Positions 1-8,319 are shown, numbered from the stretch's first letter. The stretch is 16,468 nt of DNA from a virus (IMGVR_UViG_2690316184_000007), one strand, 5' to 3'. Translations and numbers: made by a program. The notes: generated by a model not told the origin, from the letters alone.

Positions 1-288
1 TCAATGGTTGGCGTCATTATCTTTTTCTCTTTCTGAACGTGAATATTGCGGTGGACGGTTCATCAGCTGTGGGGCAAGACGTTTTGCCACCTGAAGAATA
101 ACCACCACCGCAGCGGGAAGCATGAGCAAAACACCGAGAAAAATCATCAGAATCTGCACTTCTGGCCGAGAAAATGGCTCAGGCAGCGACAGGGAGTCGC
201 TTACCGACAGCAGCGCCACCGCCAGTAGCATCATTCCGATAAATTCCAGTATCAACACGCCTTTAGGCAATTTACCGATCGCGCGCAT
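1..288 (-). CDS. ybjC: Small inner-membrane protein YbjC (DUF1418 family), 95 aa
   Basis: Complete 95-aa ORF with two hydrophobic segments (stop TGA at 1-3). Size and position, divergent from grxA, match the E. coli ybjC-grxA-ybjM-ybjL neighbourhood; recognised from memory, not searched. Confidence 0.75.
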   Translation of the reverse strand: MRAIGKLPKGVLILEFIGMMLLAVALLSVSDSLSLPEPFSRPEVQILMIFLGVLLMLPAAVVVILQVAKRLAPQLMNRPPQYSRSEREKDNDANH

Positions 289-447
289 ACGCTTCCCTCT
301 GCAAAGTGAGCCTTCAGTCTAAAACTTTTCACTGTATTGTGTTTAACAGTTATAGCTTTTAGCAATTAATGCAACAGGTTAAACCTACTTTCAGCGAATA
401 CATTTTAGCGTGATCATTACAGGCATAAATCTATGAGGAGAGAAATA
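289..447. promoter_or_regulatory. Divergent intergenic promoter region between ybjC and grxA
   Basis: 159-bp AT-rich gap between divergently oriented starts. grxA is known to be OxyR-regulated in E. coli, but I cannot delimit the binding site by eye. AGGAG Shine-Dalgarno lies just upstream of the grxA ATG at 448. Confidence 0.4.
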
Positions 448-705
448 ATGCAAACCGTTATTTTTGGTCGTTCGGGTTGCCCTTACTGTGTGCGTGCAAA
501 AGATCTGGCTGAGAAATTGAGCAATGAACGCGATGATTTTCAGTATCAGTATGTAGATATTCGTGCGGAAGGGATCACTAAAGAAGATCTACAACAAAAG
601 GCAGGTAAACCCGTAGAAACCGTGCCGCAGATTTTTGTCGATCAGCAACATATCGGCGGCTATACCGATTTTGCTGCATGGGTGAAAGAAAATCTGGACG
701 CCTGA
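448..705 (+). CDS. grxA: Glutaredoxin 1, 85 aa
   Basis: Translation MQTVIFGRSGCPYCVRAKDLAEKL... has the CPYC active site and the length of E. coli Grx1. The true start is the internal ATG at 448 (after AGGAG), not the ORF-track start at 433. Confidence 0.95.
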   Translation: MQTVIFGRSGCPYCVRAKDLAEKLSNERDDFQYQYVDIRAEGITKEDLQQKAGKPVETVPQIFVDQQHIGGYTDFAAWVKENLDA

Positions 706-715
706 TCGTCTGACA

Positions 716-750
716 AGCCCTCGCGTTGAGGGCTTTACTGATTTTTTCTG
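716..750 (+). terminator. Rho-independent terminator downstream of grxA
   Basis: Hairpin AGCCCTC-gcgtt-GAGGGCT at 716-734 followed by a T-rich tract (ttactgattttttctg) on the + strand; it abuts the ybjM stop on the other strand. Confidence 0.6.
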
Positions 751-1112
751 TGCTGTGGTTTAAACAAACTACTGATAAATAAGAAACACAGTGCCCCCAG
801 CGCACACCAGAACACCGCGCTTAGTAACCATGCCAGCTCTTGCCAGAATGAGCGCGTCGGTGAAAAAAACAGCCGCATAATGAGCATCGAACAGGGTGCC
901 GCCAGCATTGCGCCAAACAGAGGTTTCAGGACTTCTCTACGCTGTGAAAAGAAGCTGGCGACTGCTCCAGGAAGAATGAAAAATAGCAAGCCGATTTCAG
1001 GATGCCCGGCAGCCCGAAAAGCGCCTTTCATGTGCGTCGCCAGAAAAAGGCACACCACAATGAAGAGGACAAAACAGCAGATTGCCCCCGCCCAACGTTG
1101 TTTATGTTTCAC
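735..1112 (-). CDS. ybjM: Inner-membrane protein YbjM, 125 aa
   Basis: 125-aa ORF with four hydrophobic helices; size and position between grxA and ybjL match E. coli ybjM. Confidence 0.8.
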   Translation of the reverse strand: MKHKQRWAGAICCFVLFIVVCLFLATHMKGAFRAAGHPEIGLLFFILPGAVASFFSQRREVLKPLFGAMLAAPCSMLIMRLFFSPTRSFWQELAWLLSAVFWCALGALCFLFISSLFKPQHRKNQ

Positions 1113-1381
1113 TCGTTCCTCCTGACACTGCGTCTATCGAACACATTTTTCGCCAGTGTGGCGTTCAGTAAGATAAAGCCGCTTCGCATTCCATGCTAAT
1201 ATAGGCCAACGCAATTCATATAGCCGTTGATACCTAATGTGATTACACTAGTAAAATATATTGTTACTTTACTATCGTTTAGGTGCGCTGAATGAATCTG
1301 CGCCCTGAATTCTGGTAAAAAACATTATCGTAAATTACCATTTCTTTCAACAGCTTACTAGTAAACAAGAAGTTAGCCTCC

Positions 1382-3067
1382 GTGAATATAAACGTCGCCG
1401 AATTGTTAAATGGGAATTACATTCTGTTATTATTTGTGGTCCTCGCGCTTGGGCTATGTCTCGGAAAGTTACGACTTGGTTCGATCCAACTGGGTAATTC
1501 CATTGGCGTTTTAGTCGTATCGCTGTTATTAGGCCAACAACATTTCAGCATTAACACCGATGCGCTTAATCTTGGCTTTATGCTGTTTATTTTCTGCGTC
1601 GGGGTCGAAGCCGGACCGAACTTTTTTTCCATTTTTTTTCGCGATGGGAAAAATTACCTAATGTTAGCACTGGTGATGGTTGGCAGTGCGCTGGTGATCG
1701 CCTTAGGGTTAGGTAAGCTGTTTGGCTGGGATATTGGCCTGACGGCCGGTATGTTAGCAGGCTCTATGACGTCGACACCGGTTCTGGTCGGTGCTGGCGA
1801 TACACTGCGTCATTCCGGCATGGAAAGCAGGCAGCTCTCACTGGCACTGGATAATCTGAGCCTCGGGTATGCCTTAACCTATTTAATCGGTCTGGTGAGT
1901 TTGATTGTTGGTGCGCGTTACTTGCCGAAATTGCAGCATCAGGACTTACAGACCAGCGCCCAGCAAATCGCCCGCGAACGTGGCCTGGACACTGATGCCA
2001 ACCGTAAGGTTTATTTACCGGTGATCCGCGCCTATCGCGTCGGCCCGGAACTGGTGGCCTGGACCGACGGCAAAAATCTGCGTGAACTGGGTATTTATCG
2101 ACAAACCGGCTGCTACATTGAACGTATTCGACGTAACGGGATTCTGGCAAATCCAGACGGTGATGCCGTGCTACAAATGGGCGATGAAATAGCGTTGGTA
2201 GGCTATCCCGACGCCCATGCCCGACTCGATCCCAGCTTCCGTAACGGTAAAGAAGTTTTCGATCGTGACCTTCTCGACATGCGTATCGTCACTGAAGAAG
2301 TGGTCGTTAAAAACCATAACGCTGTAGGTAAACGTCTCGCACAACTGAAGTTGACCGATCACGGTTGCTTCCTTAACCGCGTCATTCGTAGCCAGATTGA
2401 GATGCCGATAGATGACAACGTCGTGCTTAACAAAGGTGACGTTTTACAAGTCAGCGGCGATGCCCGCCGCGTAAAAACCATCGCCGATCGCATCGGCTTT
2501 ATCTCGATTCACAGCCAGGTCACTGACCTGCTGGCATTCTGCGCCTTCTTTGTTATTGGGCTGATGATCGGGATGATCACCTTCCAGTTCAGCACATTCA
2601 GTTTCGGCATGGGGAACGCTGCCGGGTTGTTATTCGCCGGAATTATGCTGGGCTTTATGCGTGCTAACCACCCGACCTTCGGTTACATTCCGCAAGGTGC
2701 ATTAAGCATGGTGAAAGAGTTCGGCTTGATGGTGTTTATGGCAGGCGTTGGTCTGAGCGCCGGTAGCGGTATTAATAACGGCCTGGGCGCGATTGGCGGT
2801 CAGATGTTGATTGCCGGATTAATTGTCAGTCTTGTGCCCGTGGTTATCTGTTTCTTGTTCGGTGCTTATGTATTGCGAATGAACCGCGCACTGTTGTTCG
2901 GCGCAATGATGGGCGCACGCACCTGCGCGCCGGCAATGGAGATCATCAGTGATACAGCTCGCAGTAACATCCCTGCGCTGGGCTATGCGGGCACCTACGC
3001 AATCGCCAACGTCCTGCTGACGCTGGCAGGGACAATCATCGTCATGGTATGGCCAGGATTAGGATAA
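1382..3067 (+). CDS. ybjL: Putative transporter YbjL (AspT/YidE/YbjL family), 561 aa
   Basis: 561-aa ORF from a GTG start. N- and C-terminal hydrophobic halves flank a soluble central region (about residues 190-370), the architecture I recall for the YidE/YbjL family. Length matches E. coli YbjL. Confidence 0.85.
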
Positions 3068-3179
3068 AACTGAAGTTGCCCTGAAAATGAAATTTTTTTG
3101 CACAACCGCAGAACTTTTCCGCAGGGCATCAGTCTTAATTAGTGCCACTGCTTTTCTTTGATGTCCCCATTTTGTGGAG

Positions 3180-3222
3180 CCCATCAACCCCGCCATTTCG
3201 GTTCAAGGTTGATGGGTTTTTT
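3180..3222 (+). terminator. Hairpin plus T-run, possible ybjL terminator or part of the prophage attachment region
   Basis: Inverted repeat CCCATCAACC / GGTTGATGGG (10 bp each) around a 17-nt loop, then TTTTTTG on the + strand. The long loop and the ~110-bp distance from the ybjL stop make assignment uncertain. Confidence 0.4.
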
Positions 3223-3302
3223 GTTGCCTGAAATTTATGCCTTTTAAAATCATGATGTTAGAAGCACTGTTTTTTAACGATGGCGACAAAATGGCGGCAG
3301 CG

Positions 3303-3521
3303 TCAAAGAGAGAGCGCCACCTGTCCTGATTTCATTGGATGCGGCTGAACCGGATTTGACTCTTTTGGCGTTGCAATCGAACGAACAAAAGTTTCATGGG
3401 TAACAAAAGTATGGCTGCAGTTAATGTTCTGGCACTGGTTGTAACGCTCTTTGGTCAATGAAGATACCTGAAAACTGCTGCGAGTATGGGCGGCACTTCC
3501 ACACAGTGGGCAAATCATCAT
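3303..3521 (-). CDS. ogr: Ogr-type zinc-finger late-gene transcription activator, 72 aa
   Basis: MMICPLCGSAAHTRSS...KERYNQCQNINCSHTF... shows the Cys4 pattern (CPLC ... CQNxNC) and length of P2 Ogr and sits immediately downstream of D as in P2. Start taken at the internal ATG, not the ORF-track start at 3554. Confidence 0.85.
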   Translation of the reverse strand: MMICPLCGSAAHTRSSFQVSSLTKERYNQCQNINCSHTFVTHETFVRSIATPKESNPVQPHPMKSGQVALSL

Positions 3522-3611
3522 TTTTCGTGTTCTCCCCATTTTTGCTAAATTCACAATAATGATACCGCATTATTCCATTTTGCAAACTTAAAAGTTCTCC
3601 ATTGCGAAGAA

Positions 3612-4712
3612 TCATTCCATTTCGAAATCATCAATCCTCACTTCAAGCTCCAGACTGGTCGTAAAACCGTTATCCGGGCTGACGGTATGCGTCAGAGTCG
3701 TAATGGTCCATTCCGCATCATCTATCGGCTGTTTAAAGCCACTGACTTTCACTGGCATTTCCGTGTAGAGATCTGCCCGCCCTTCCGCCAGTTGTAGCGA
3801 GAATGATGCAACGCCGCGTTGCAGGCGTTCCCACTGCATTTTCGCTGCCCGTTCGGCGTTGCTCCGGTTGGCATAAGTGCGATTAAGTACCAGCACGTTT
3901 TCATCCGTACCCACCAGGTAATCGCCCTGCTTCGCTTCCGGCTCTTTCTTCTGCTTCTTAGTCCTGCGCTTACGCTTCACCGTGGTGCTTTCTTTCTTCG
4001 CGGGTTCGCGGGTATGCAACCAACTGGCAATTACGCCCGTGTAGGCTCCGCGATCTGCCAGGGTAAAGCGGTGACTGTCGCCGTCCTTACGTGTGATTGA
4101 GATCACCGGCAGTGGTTTACCGCTGGCGCTTTTGCCCTGTCCCTGCCGGATGAATAACAGATTGCCATTTTTCACCGACGCGATGGCACCGTACTGGCGC
4201 GCCAGCCGCATCAGAAAACTGCCGTCACTCTCATTAGTCTGGTCTATATGCTCCACGGGCTTATCCGACAGGTCTTTACCCAGTGCCATCTTCAGCTTAT
4301 GACGCGCGGCTATTTCCTTCACCAGTTCCCCGACAGTGGTCTTGTGCCACGATTTTTCACGGCGGGTATTCAGCGTTTCCCTAAAATCAGCACTTCGCGC
4401 CCGGATAGTCAGGCGATCCGGTGCGCCGGTGTGTTCAATCTCGTCCACCGTGAATGCCCCTTTCGGGAAAAGCGGCTGCCCCTTCCAGCCCAGCGCCAGC
4501 GTGATGACCGCACCACGGCGCGGCAGCACGATTTTTCCGTCGGCGTCGTCCAGCTCCAGATCAATCTGGTCTGCTTCAAAGCCCCGATTGTCCGTCAACG
4601 TCAGACTCATCAGGCGGTTATCCAGCACAGTGGTGATATCCTTCCCCTCAATACTGATGCTGAATGCGGGAGTTTTGTTGCCTTTGTTAAGCAGTTCAGA
4701 GCTGAAATTCAC
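3612..4712 (-). CDS. D: P2 gpD-like tail protein (late control gene D), 366 aa
   Basis: 366-aa ORF immediately downstream of U with an ATGA stop/start overlap (4709-4712) and upstream of ogr; translation recognised as the gpD family from memory. Confidence 0.85.
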   Translation of the reverse strand: MNFSSELLNKGNKTPAFSISIEGKDITTVLDNRLMSLTLTDNRGFEADQIDLELDDADGKIVLPRRGAVITLALGWKGQPLFPKGAFTVDEIEHTGAPDRLTIRARSADFRETLNTRREKSWHKTTVGELVKEIAARHKLKMALGKDLSDKPVEHIDQTNESDGSFLMRLARQYGAIASVKNGNLLFIRQGQGKSASGKPLPVISITRKDGDSHRFTLADRGAYTGVIASWLHTREPAKKESTTVKRKRRTKKQKKEPEAKQGDYLVGTDENVLVLNRTYANRSNAERAAKMQWERLQRGVASFSLQLAEGRADLYTEMPVKVSGFKQPIDDAEWTITTLTHTVSPDNGFTTSLELEVRIDDFEME

Positions 4713-5194
4713 GACAGCAGCCCTCCCACCGTTTTACTGATATCGCTTAAGGCAGACGTTGCCGTATCCTGCAAATTATTCAGCTGCGCACTGAGATCAC
4801 CGAACATATCGGACAGGGATTCATCCACCCGTTTGAGCGACAGGGTAAACTCAATCCGGCGCGGCATACCATCGCGGAAAAACTCCGTTTTAGTCTGATT
4901 CAGTCCCTCAATCACATACATGCCGTAAATCGTGCCGCTGCCTTCAATCAGAGGCCATGCTTTCCCCTGTTCTGCCATCTGCTCCAGTGCCAGCAACGAC
5001 AGCCTGCCGCCTGTTATCTCCGGCATAAGAACACCGGAAAGCGTCAGCATGTCGTTGTCCGGTCCCAGAAACTGCGTGGACGGACGACGATTTACCCGGC
5101 TGTTAGCCGCATGTCGCCAGCTGCGCTGATACTGCAGTTCCTGATACGGCACGGTGCGCAGCATAAACACGTACAATCCCAGCACCATCATCAT
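4709..5194 (-). CDS. U: P2 gpU-like tail protein, 161 aa
   Basis: 161-aa ORF between the T remnant and D with ATGA overlaps at both ends; size and position match P2 gpU. Confidence 0.8.
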   Translation of the reverse strand: MMMVLGLYVFMLRTVPYQELQYQRSWRHAANSRVNRRPSTQFLGPDNDMLTLSGVLMPEITGGRLSLLALEQMAEQGKAWPLIEGSGTIYGMYVIEGLNQTKTEFFRDGMPRRIEFTLSLKRVDESLSDMFGDLSAQLNNLQDTATSALSDISKTVGGLLS

Positions 5195-5646
5195 GCGTCG
5201 TATCCCCCCTGATCGCTGTAGTTACTCCTGGCTTTTGCCTTCAGCCTGCGTTCACGTTCATCAAGCTGGCGGGCCACCTCCCGCGCAATATCCTGCGCAC
5301 TTTGTCCTGGCTGCGTCTGAATAATGATCTGCGTCGGTGCCTCAATCCGTTGAGCGGGCGGCACAGTGGCTGCACGACTCACCATTGCTTCACCGCCTTT
5401 CGTGGGAAGTGCCAAAGGATGCAACGGTGGAAGCTCTGCTGGCGCGGCAGCAACACCCATCATTCCGGCAACAACGGCAGCCAGTGCAGCTGTATTTCTC
5501 CGGCTGGTCACATTTGCCGGGCCGTTAACAATTTCCGGCCCGTTTTCACCGACGATGCCAAACTGCCCGCGCGGGATATAGCCGCCGCTGTCATACATCC
5601 CCGCAAAGCCATATCCCCATGCCCGGTTATCTTTCTGCCATCCCAT
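5191..5646 (-). pseudogene. T: 3' remnant of the tail tape-measure gene T (C-terminal ~150 codons only)
   Basis: Reading frame overlaps the U start by ATGA as T does in P2, but an in-frame stop lies at 5656-5658 and the upstream DNA encodes a portal fragment on the opposite strand. Gly/Ala-rich C-terminal sequence is typical of tape-measure ends. Confidence 0.65.
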
Positions 5647-6122
5647 CCGCTTTGCTCAACGAGTCCGCCACGCTGTTCCGCCGCAAGTATTACATCAACG
5701 GCAGCCATGCAGGCTTCATCATGTATATGACCGATGCCGCGCAGAATCAGGAGGATGTGAACAATCTCCGCAATGCGATGAAAAGCGCCAAAGGCCCTGG
5801 CAACTTCCGCAACCTGTTTATGTACTCGCCTAACGGCAAAAAGGACGGGATTCAGATCATCCCGTTGTCAGAAGTCGCGGCGAAGGATGAGTTTCTGAAT
5901 ATCAAAAATGTCAGCCGCGATGACATGATGGCAGCGCATCGTGTGCCGCCGCAAATGATGGGGATTATGCCGAATAATGTTGGGGGGTTTGGGGATGTGG
6001 AGAAGGCAAGTAATGTATTTGTTCGTAACGAACTTATCCCCTTACAAAAACGTATCGAACAATTAAATCAATGGATAGGAAACACAATTATTAATTTTTT
6101 ACCATATTCTCTCCAAAGTTAA
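5619..6122 (+). pseudogene. Q: 3' fragment of the portal gene Q (C-terminal ~150 codons)
   Basis: Translation ...RVPPQMMGIMPNNVGGFGDVEKASNVFVRNELIPLQKRIEQLN... is recognised as the C-terminal region of P2-type portal proteins. The ORF is about half the full portal length and has no plausible upstream continuation. Confidence 0.65.
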
Positions 6123-6134
6123 AAAATAGCATAT

Positions 6135-6157
6135 GGGTGCATAATGTTTATGCACCC
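6135..6157. terminator. Bidirectional hairpin terminator between convergent Q' and the TIR gene
   Basis: Perfect 9-bp inverted repeat GGGTGCATA-atgtt-TATGCACCC in the 40-bp gap between the two convergent stops; T-rich tract on the minus-strand side (atatgctatttttt). Confidence 0.5.
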
Positions 6158-6162
6158 TCTTA

Positions 6163-6780
6163 TTACCAGTTAAAAATTGATGAGCTGCGAATTGCAGGAA
6201 CATCCGATGGATTTCGTTTAGCAGCTGGTTCCATCAACTTACGCTTATTAAATGCCTGATCAATATAATACTCAGGATTTTTAATAAAGACAGAGTATTT
6301 TACCAATGCACAATATACGTCAGAGTCATTATAATGGGGAACTGTTTTTTCATAAACATGATTCTTTCTAACCAGATAAGGCAAATAATAATCATATCCC
6401 AAACCTGGCGTTCTTAGACTTATAGAACATCCGCATGATGGATCTGCACATACTGCAGGAGTAAACACACTGTCGTAAATTTCATCTCTGATAACACCAA
6501 TTAGACCATTATAGTTTTCTCCCCAGAGTGATGCTTGAATTTCAGTGTTTACAAATGGACGATTTTTGGTTTCCGTTCCAATAAGAACGACAGTAACCGT
6601 TGAGTCTTTTAAAAAATCCTCACGAATAGTCCTCATTATTGTTTCATCAGTGTTAGTTGTACTAATGTCACCATCACTTACCGACTTATCAATAAACGAT
6701 TCTCCTCCGAATAAATCAATAATCTCATCTTTGAGATCTTGTTCGTTAGCATGATGATAACTAAGAAACGTCTTATGCAT
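6163..6780 (-). CDS. TIR-like domain protein, ThsB-like (DUF1863 / PF08937-type), 205 aa
   Basis: N-terminus MHKTFLSYHH... and the core STVTVVLIGTETKNRPFVNTEIQAS resemble the B. cereus ThsB pattern as I recall it (VFFSFHY ... VTCVLIGSQTFNRRWVRYEI), including a Glu at the expected catalytic position (E80). Start ATG overlaps the upstream gene's stop (TAATG). Strongly AT-rich relative to flanking prophage DNA. Confidence 0.7.
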   Translation of the reverse strand: MHKTFLSYHHANEQDLKDEIIDLFGGESFIDKSVSDGDISTTNTDETIMRTIREDFLKDSTVTVVLIGTETKNRPFVNTEIQASLWGENYNGLIGVIRDEIYDSVFTPAVCADPSCGCSISLRTPGLGYDYYLPYLVRKNHVYEKTVPHYNDSDVYCALVKYSVFIKNPEYYIDQAFNKRKLMEPAAKRNPSDVPAIRSSSIFNW

Positions 6781-7511
6781 TATTCACTCCATTTATCAAC
6801 ATTTATATCAAACTCTTTGACTACCTTATCATTGAAGAAATCGTTTACTTCTTTAAAACCTTCCAATACTTGACTAAAATGATAATAATGCTTTTGTATA
6901 ATACTTATAGGGGTTAAATGATACGGCAATGATATAAATTCGCCGTTAGGGTCTCTATCCTTTGTGGTCACTTTATCATGATCTGAAACATATTTATGCC
7001 ATCTCCGATAATTATTTTGATGTTTTGTTAAAAAAGAGTTTAAGGTTTTCAAAATTTCATTTGAAAGTAAATACAGTTTTTTATCTCTTTTTTTCTTCAC
7101 ATCTAGTAATTTCATTTCATCTCTAATGAATTTATAGCACTCATAATATGAGTTTAAAACTTCTTCAATTGAGTCATAATTCGGATCAAATTTAAATAAT
7201 GTTCGCTTCGTATCCAGATAATTTTTTACGCTCTTTTTAAAAAGAAGATCAGACTTATTTAGTAAAATATTAATACCACCAAAACTAAGTTGCTCCAATC
7301 TCAATGAATATCTTTGATGAAATGCACCGACCAGCAAGATATAAGCAACTAAAAATAGTATTAATACTGATAAAAAAGCACGAATTATGCTTACATTTGA
7401 CATGAAATTAACTATAAACCACCATTTTTCAAACGGTGAAAACGGAATGCTCCCCATGATAATAAGTAGAAGAACAAAGATACAACTCCATAAAACCCAC
7501 AATCTGTACAT
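6780..7511 (-). CDS. Membrane protein with two N-terminal transmembrane helices and a ~150-aa Lys/Tyr/Asn-rich C-terminal domain of unknown function; first gene of the TIR operon
   Basis: ORF-track frame extends to a TTG at 7556; I prefer the ATG at 7509-7511 (MYRLWVLWSCIFVLLLIIMGSI...), preceded by AAAAAGGA. Hydrophobic helices at about residues 4-22 and 50-75 of the ATG-start protein. The C-terminal domain has no Gly-rich Macro motif and no SIR2-like motif I can see. Confidence 0.6.
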   Translation of the reverse strand: MYRLWVLWSCIFVLLLIIMGSIPFSPFEKWWFIVNFMSNVSIIRAFLSVLILFLVAYILLVGAFHQRYSLRLEQLSFGGINILLNKSDLLFKKSVKNYLDTKRTLFKFDPNYDSIEEVLNSYYECYKFIRDEMKLLDVKKKRDKKLYLLSNEILKTLNSFLTKHQNNYRRWHKYVSDHDKVTTKDRDPNGEFISLPYHLTPISIIQKHYYHFSQVLEGFKEVNDFFNDKVVKEFDINVDKWSE

Positions 7512-7663
7512 AAGAAAGATCCTTTTTCTTTTTATAATACTGCAACTACACCTCAAGTCAAAACCCTCTTCTGATATTACCCTCTACTACAGTAACCCAT
7601 CACATGACCTCCGACTTATCAGAAGACTAGCCAAACTTTCTCAATCAAATCAGGTTGCGCGCG

Positions 7664-7682
7664 CTCGTATCCCCGCCACGCC
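7664..7682 (-). other. cos-like site (P2/186-type cohesive-end sequence)
   Basis: Minus strand reads GGCGTGGCGGGGATACGAG. The first 13 nt match the 19-nt cohesive end of phage 186 as I recall it (GGCGTGGCGGGGAAAGCAT; P2 GGCGAGGCGGGGAAAGCAC). Recalled from memory, not checked. Confidence 0.4.
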
Positions 7683-7731
7683 TGCCCGCTTTATGTAGTG
7701 GTTTTCATGCACCTGCATGATCTACGCAAAA

Positions 7732-7751
7732 GCCCGCCAGTTCTGGCGGGC
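7732..7751 (-). terminator. Rho-independent terminator ending the minus-strand small-ORF/DinI-like transcript
   Basis: GC-rich hairpin GCCCGCCAG / CTGGCGGGC with TTTTG immediately following on the minus strand, ~135 bp downstream of the DinI-like stop. Confidence 0.5.
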
Positions 7752-7886
7752 CTTAGCAAAAACGATCCTCAAACGATCATGCGATCTCATGCGGCATAGA
7801 CATGCACTACAGAGCTAACGCCTCGCAAGGGCTCGTTGTTCAACCTTGCTGACGCCAGAAACAAGTTCAGACGCCAGCAACGTTTC

Positions 7887-8120
7887 TTAATGCAGCCAGC
7901 TGTCGTCTTCCCACACCTTCTGCATAATTTTCATCACTCGTTTTCTTTCTTCGTCCAGTTGCAGTCCGGTCAGTTCCACACCGTTAGAGCTACCTTTGCG
8001 GATACGAATTACCGTTTTGGGATACAGGGGGCGCAGATTGCGGTAAAGCTCGGATTCAAGGGCGTCCAGGGTAGACTGGCTAATCTTCTGCTCTTTATCG
8101 ATCATTATTTCAATGCGCAT
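7887..8120 (-). CDS. DinI-family protein, 77 aa
   Basis: MRIEIMIDKEQKISQSTLDALESELYRNLRPLYPKTVIRIRKGSSNGVELTGLQ...VWEDDSWLH parallels E. coli DinI (MRIEVTIAKT...ALAGEL...) in length and pattern. Start taken at the internal ATG 8118-8120, preceded by GGTGA. Confidence 0.7.
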   Translation of the reverse strand: MRIEIMIDKEQKISQSTLDALESELYRNLRPLYPKTVIRIRKGSSNGVELTGLQLDEERKRVMKIMQKVWEDDSWLH

Positions 8121-8130
8121 AAAAGTCACC

Positions 8131-8319
8131 TCAATTGATGACATCCATTGAGCGGTTGTATTCGTGGGTTCTGATTTTTGCCATGAGTTCATCTGTCAGT
8201 TCAGAAACCCACTGCAGGGCCAGCCCCTTCTCTTCATCACTACACTCACTAGCCGCTACAAGCTTAAGAAAAAAATCAATGCGCTGGAGCTTCAAAGACT
8301 CCAAAAAATAGTCCTGCAT
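8131..8319 (-). CDS. Small acidic hypothetical protein (62 aa), first gene of the LexA-controlled operon; possible Tum-like antirepressor module
   Basis: Internal ATG at 8317-8319 preceded by a strong TAGGAGGAAAG Shine-Dalgarno; stop 10 nt upstream of the DinI-like start. No motif recognised. Confidence 0.5.
   Translation of the reverse strand: MQDYFLESLKLQRIDFFLKLVAASECSDEEKGLALQWVSELTDELMAKIRTHEYNRSMDVIN

Noticed and set aside
1417-2362. Minus-strand ORFs of 63-128 aa within ybjL
   Set aside because: Antisense to a conserved full-length transporter gene; no ribosome-binding sites.
3180-3222. Possible tRNA or tmRNA 3' fragment serving as the att site
   Set aside because: No T-arm GGTTCGA-type consensus and no CCA end; the structure is a simple hairpin plus T-run.
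3421-3615. 64-aa ORF overlapping the ogr start on the minus strand
   Set aside because: It lies in a different frame across the ogr 5' region and the ogr-D gap, with no Shine-Dalgarno or motif; most likely a frame artefact.
3819-4898. Several plus-strand ORFs (93, 69, 216 and 134 aa) inside D and U
   Set aside because: They are antisense to well-supported tail genes that fill the region, and their translations are Arg/Ser-rich low-complexity sequence typical of antisense frames.
6780-7556. Calling the membrane protein a type II Thoeris ThsA (TM plus Macro)
   Set aside because: The C-terminal domain is too short and lacks the Gly-rich motifs I would expect in a Macro domain, so I left it as an unassigned membrane partner.
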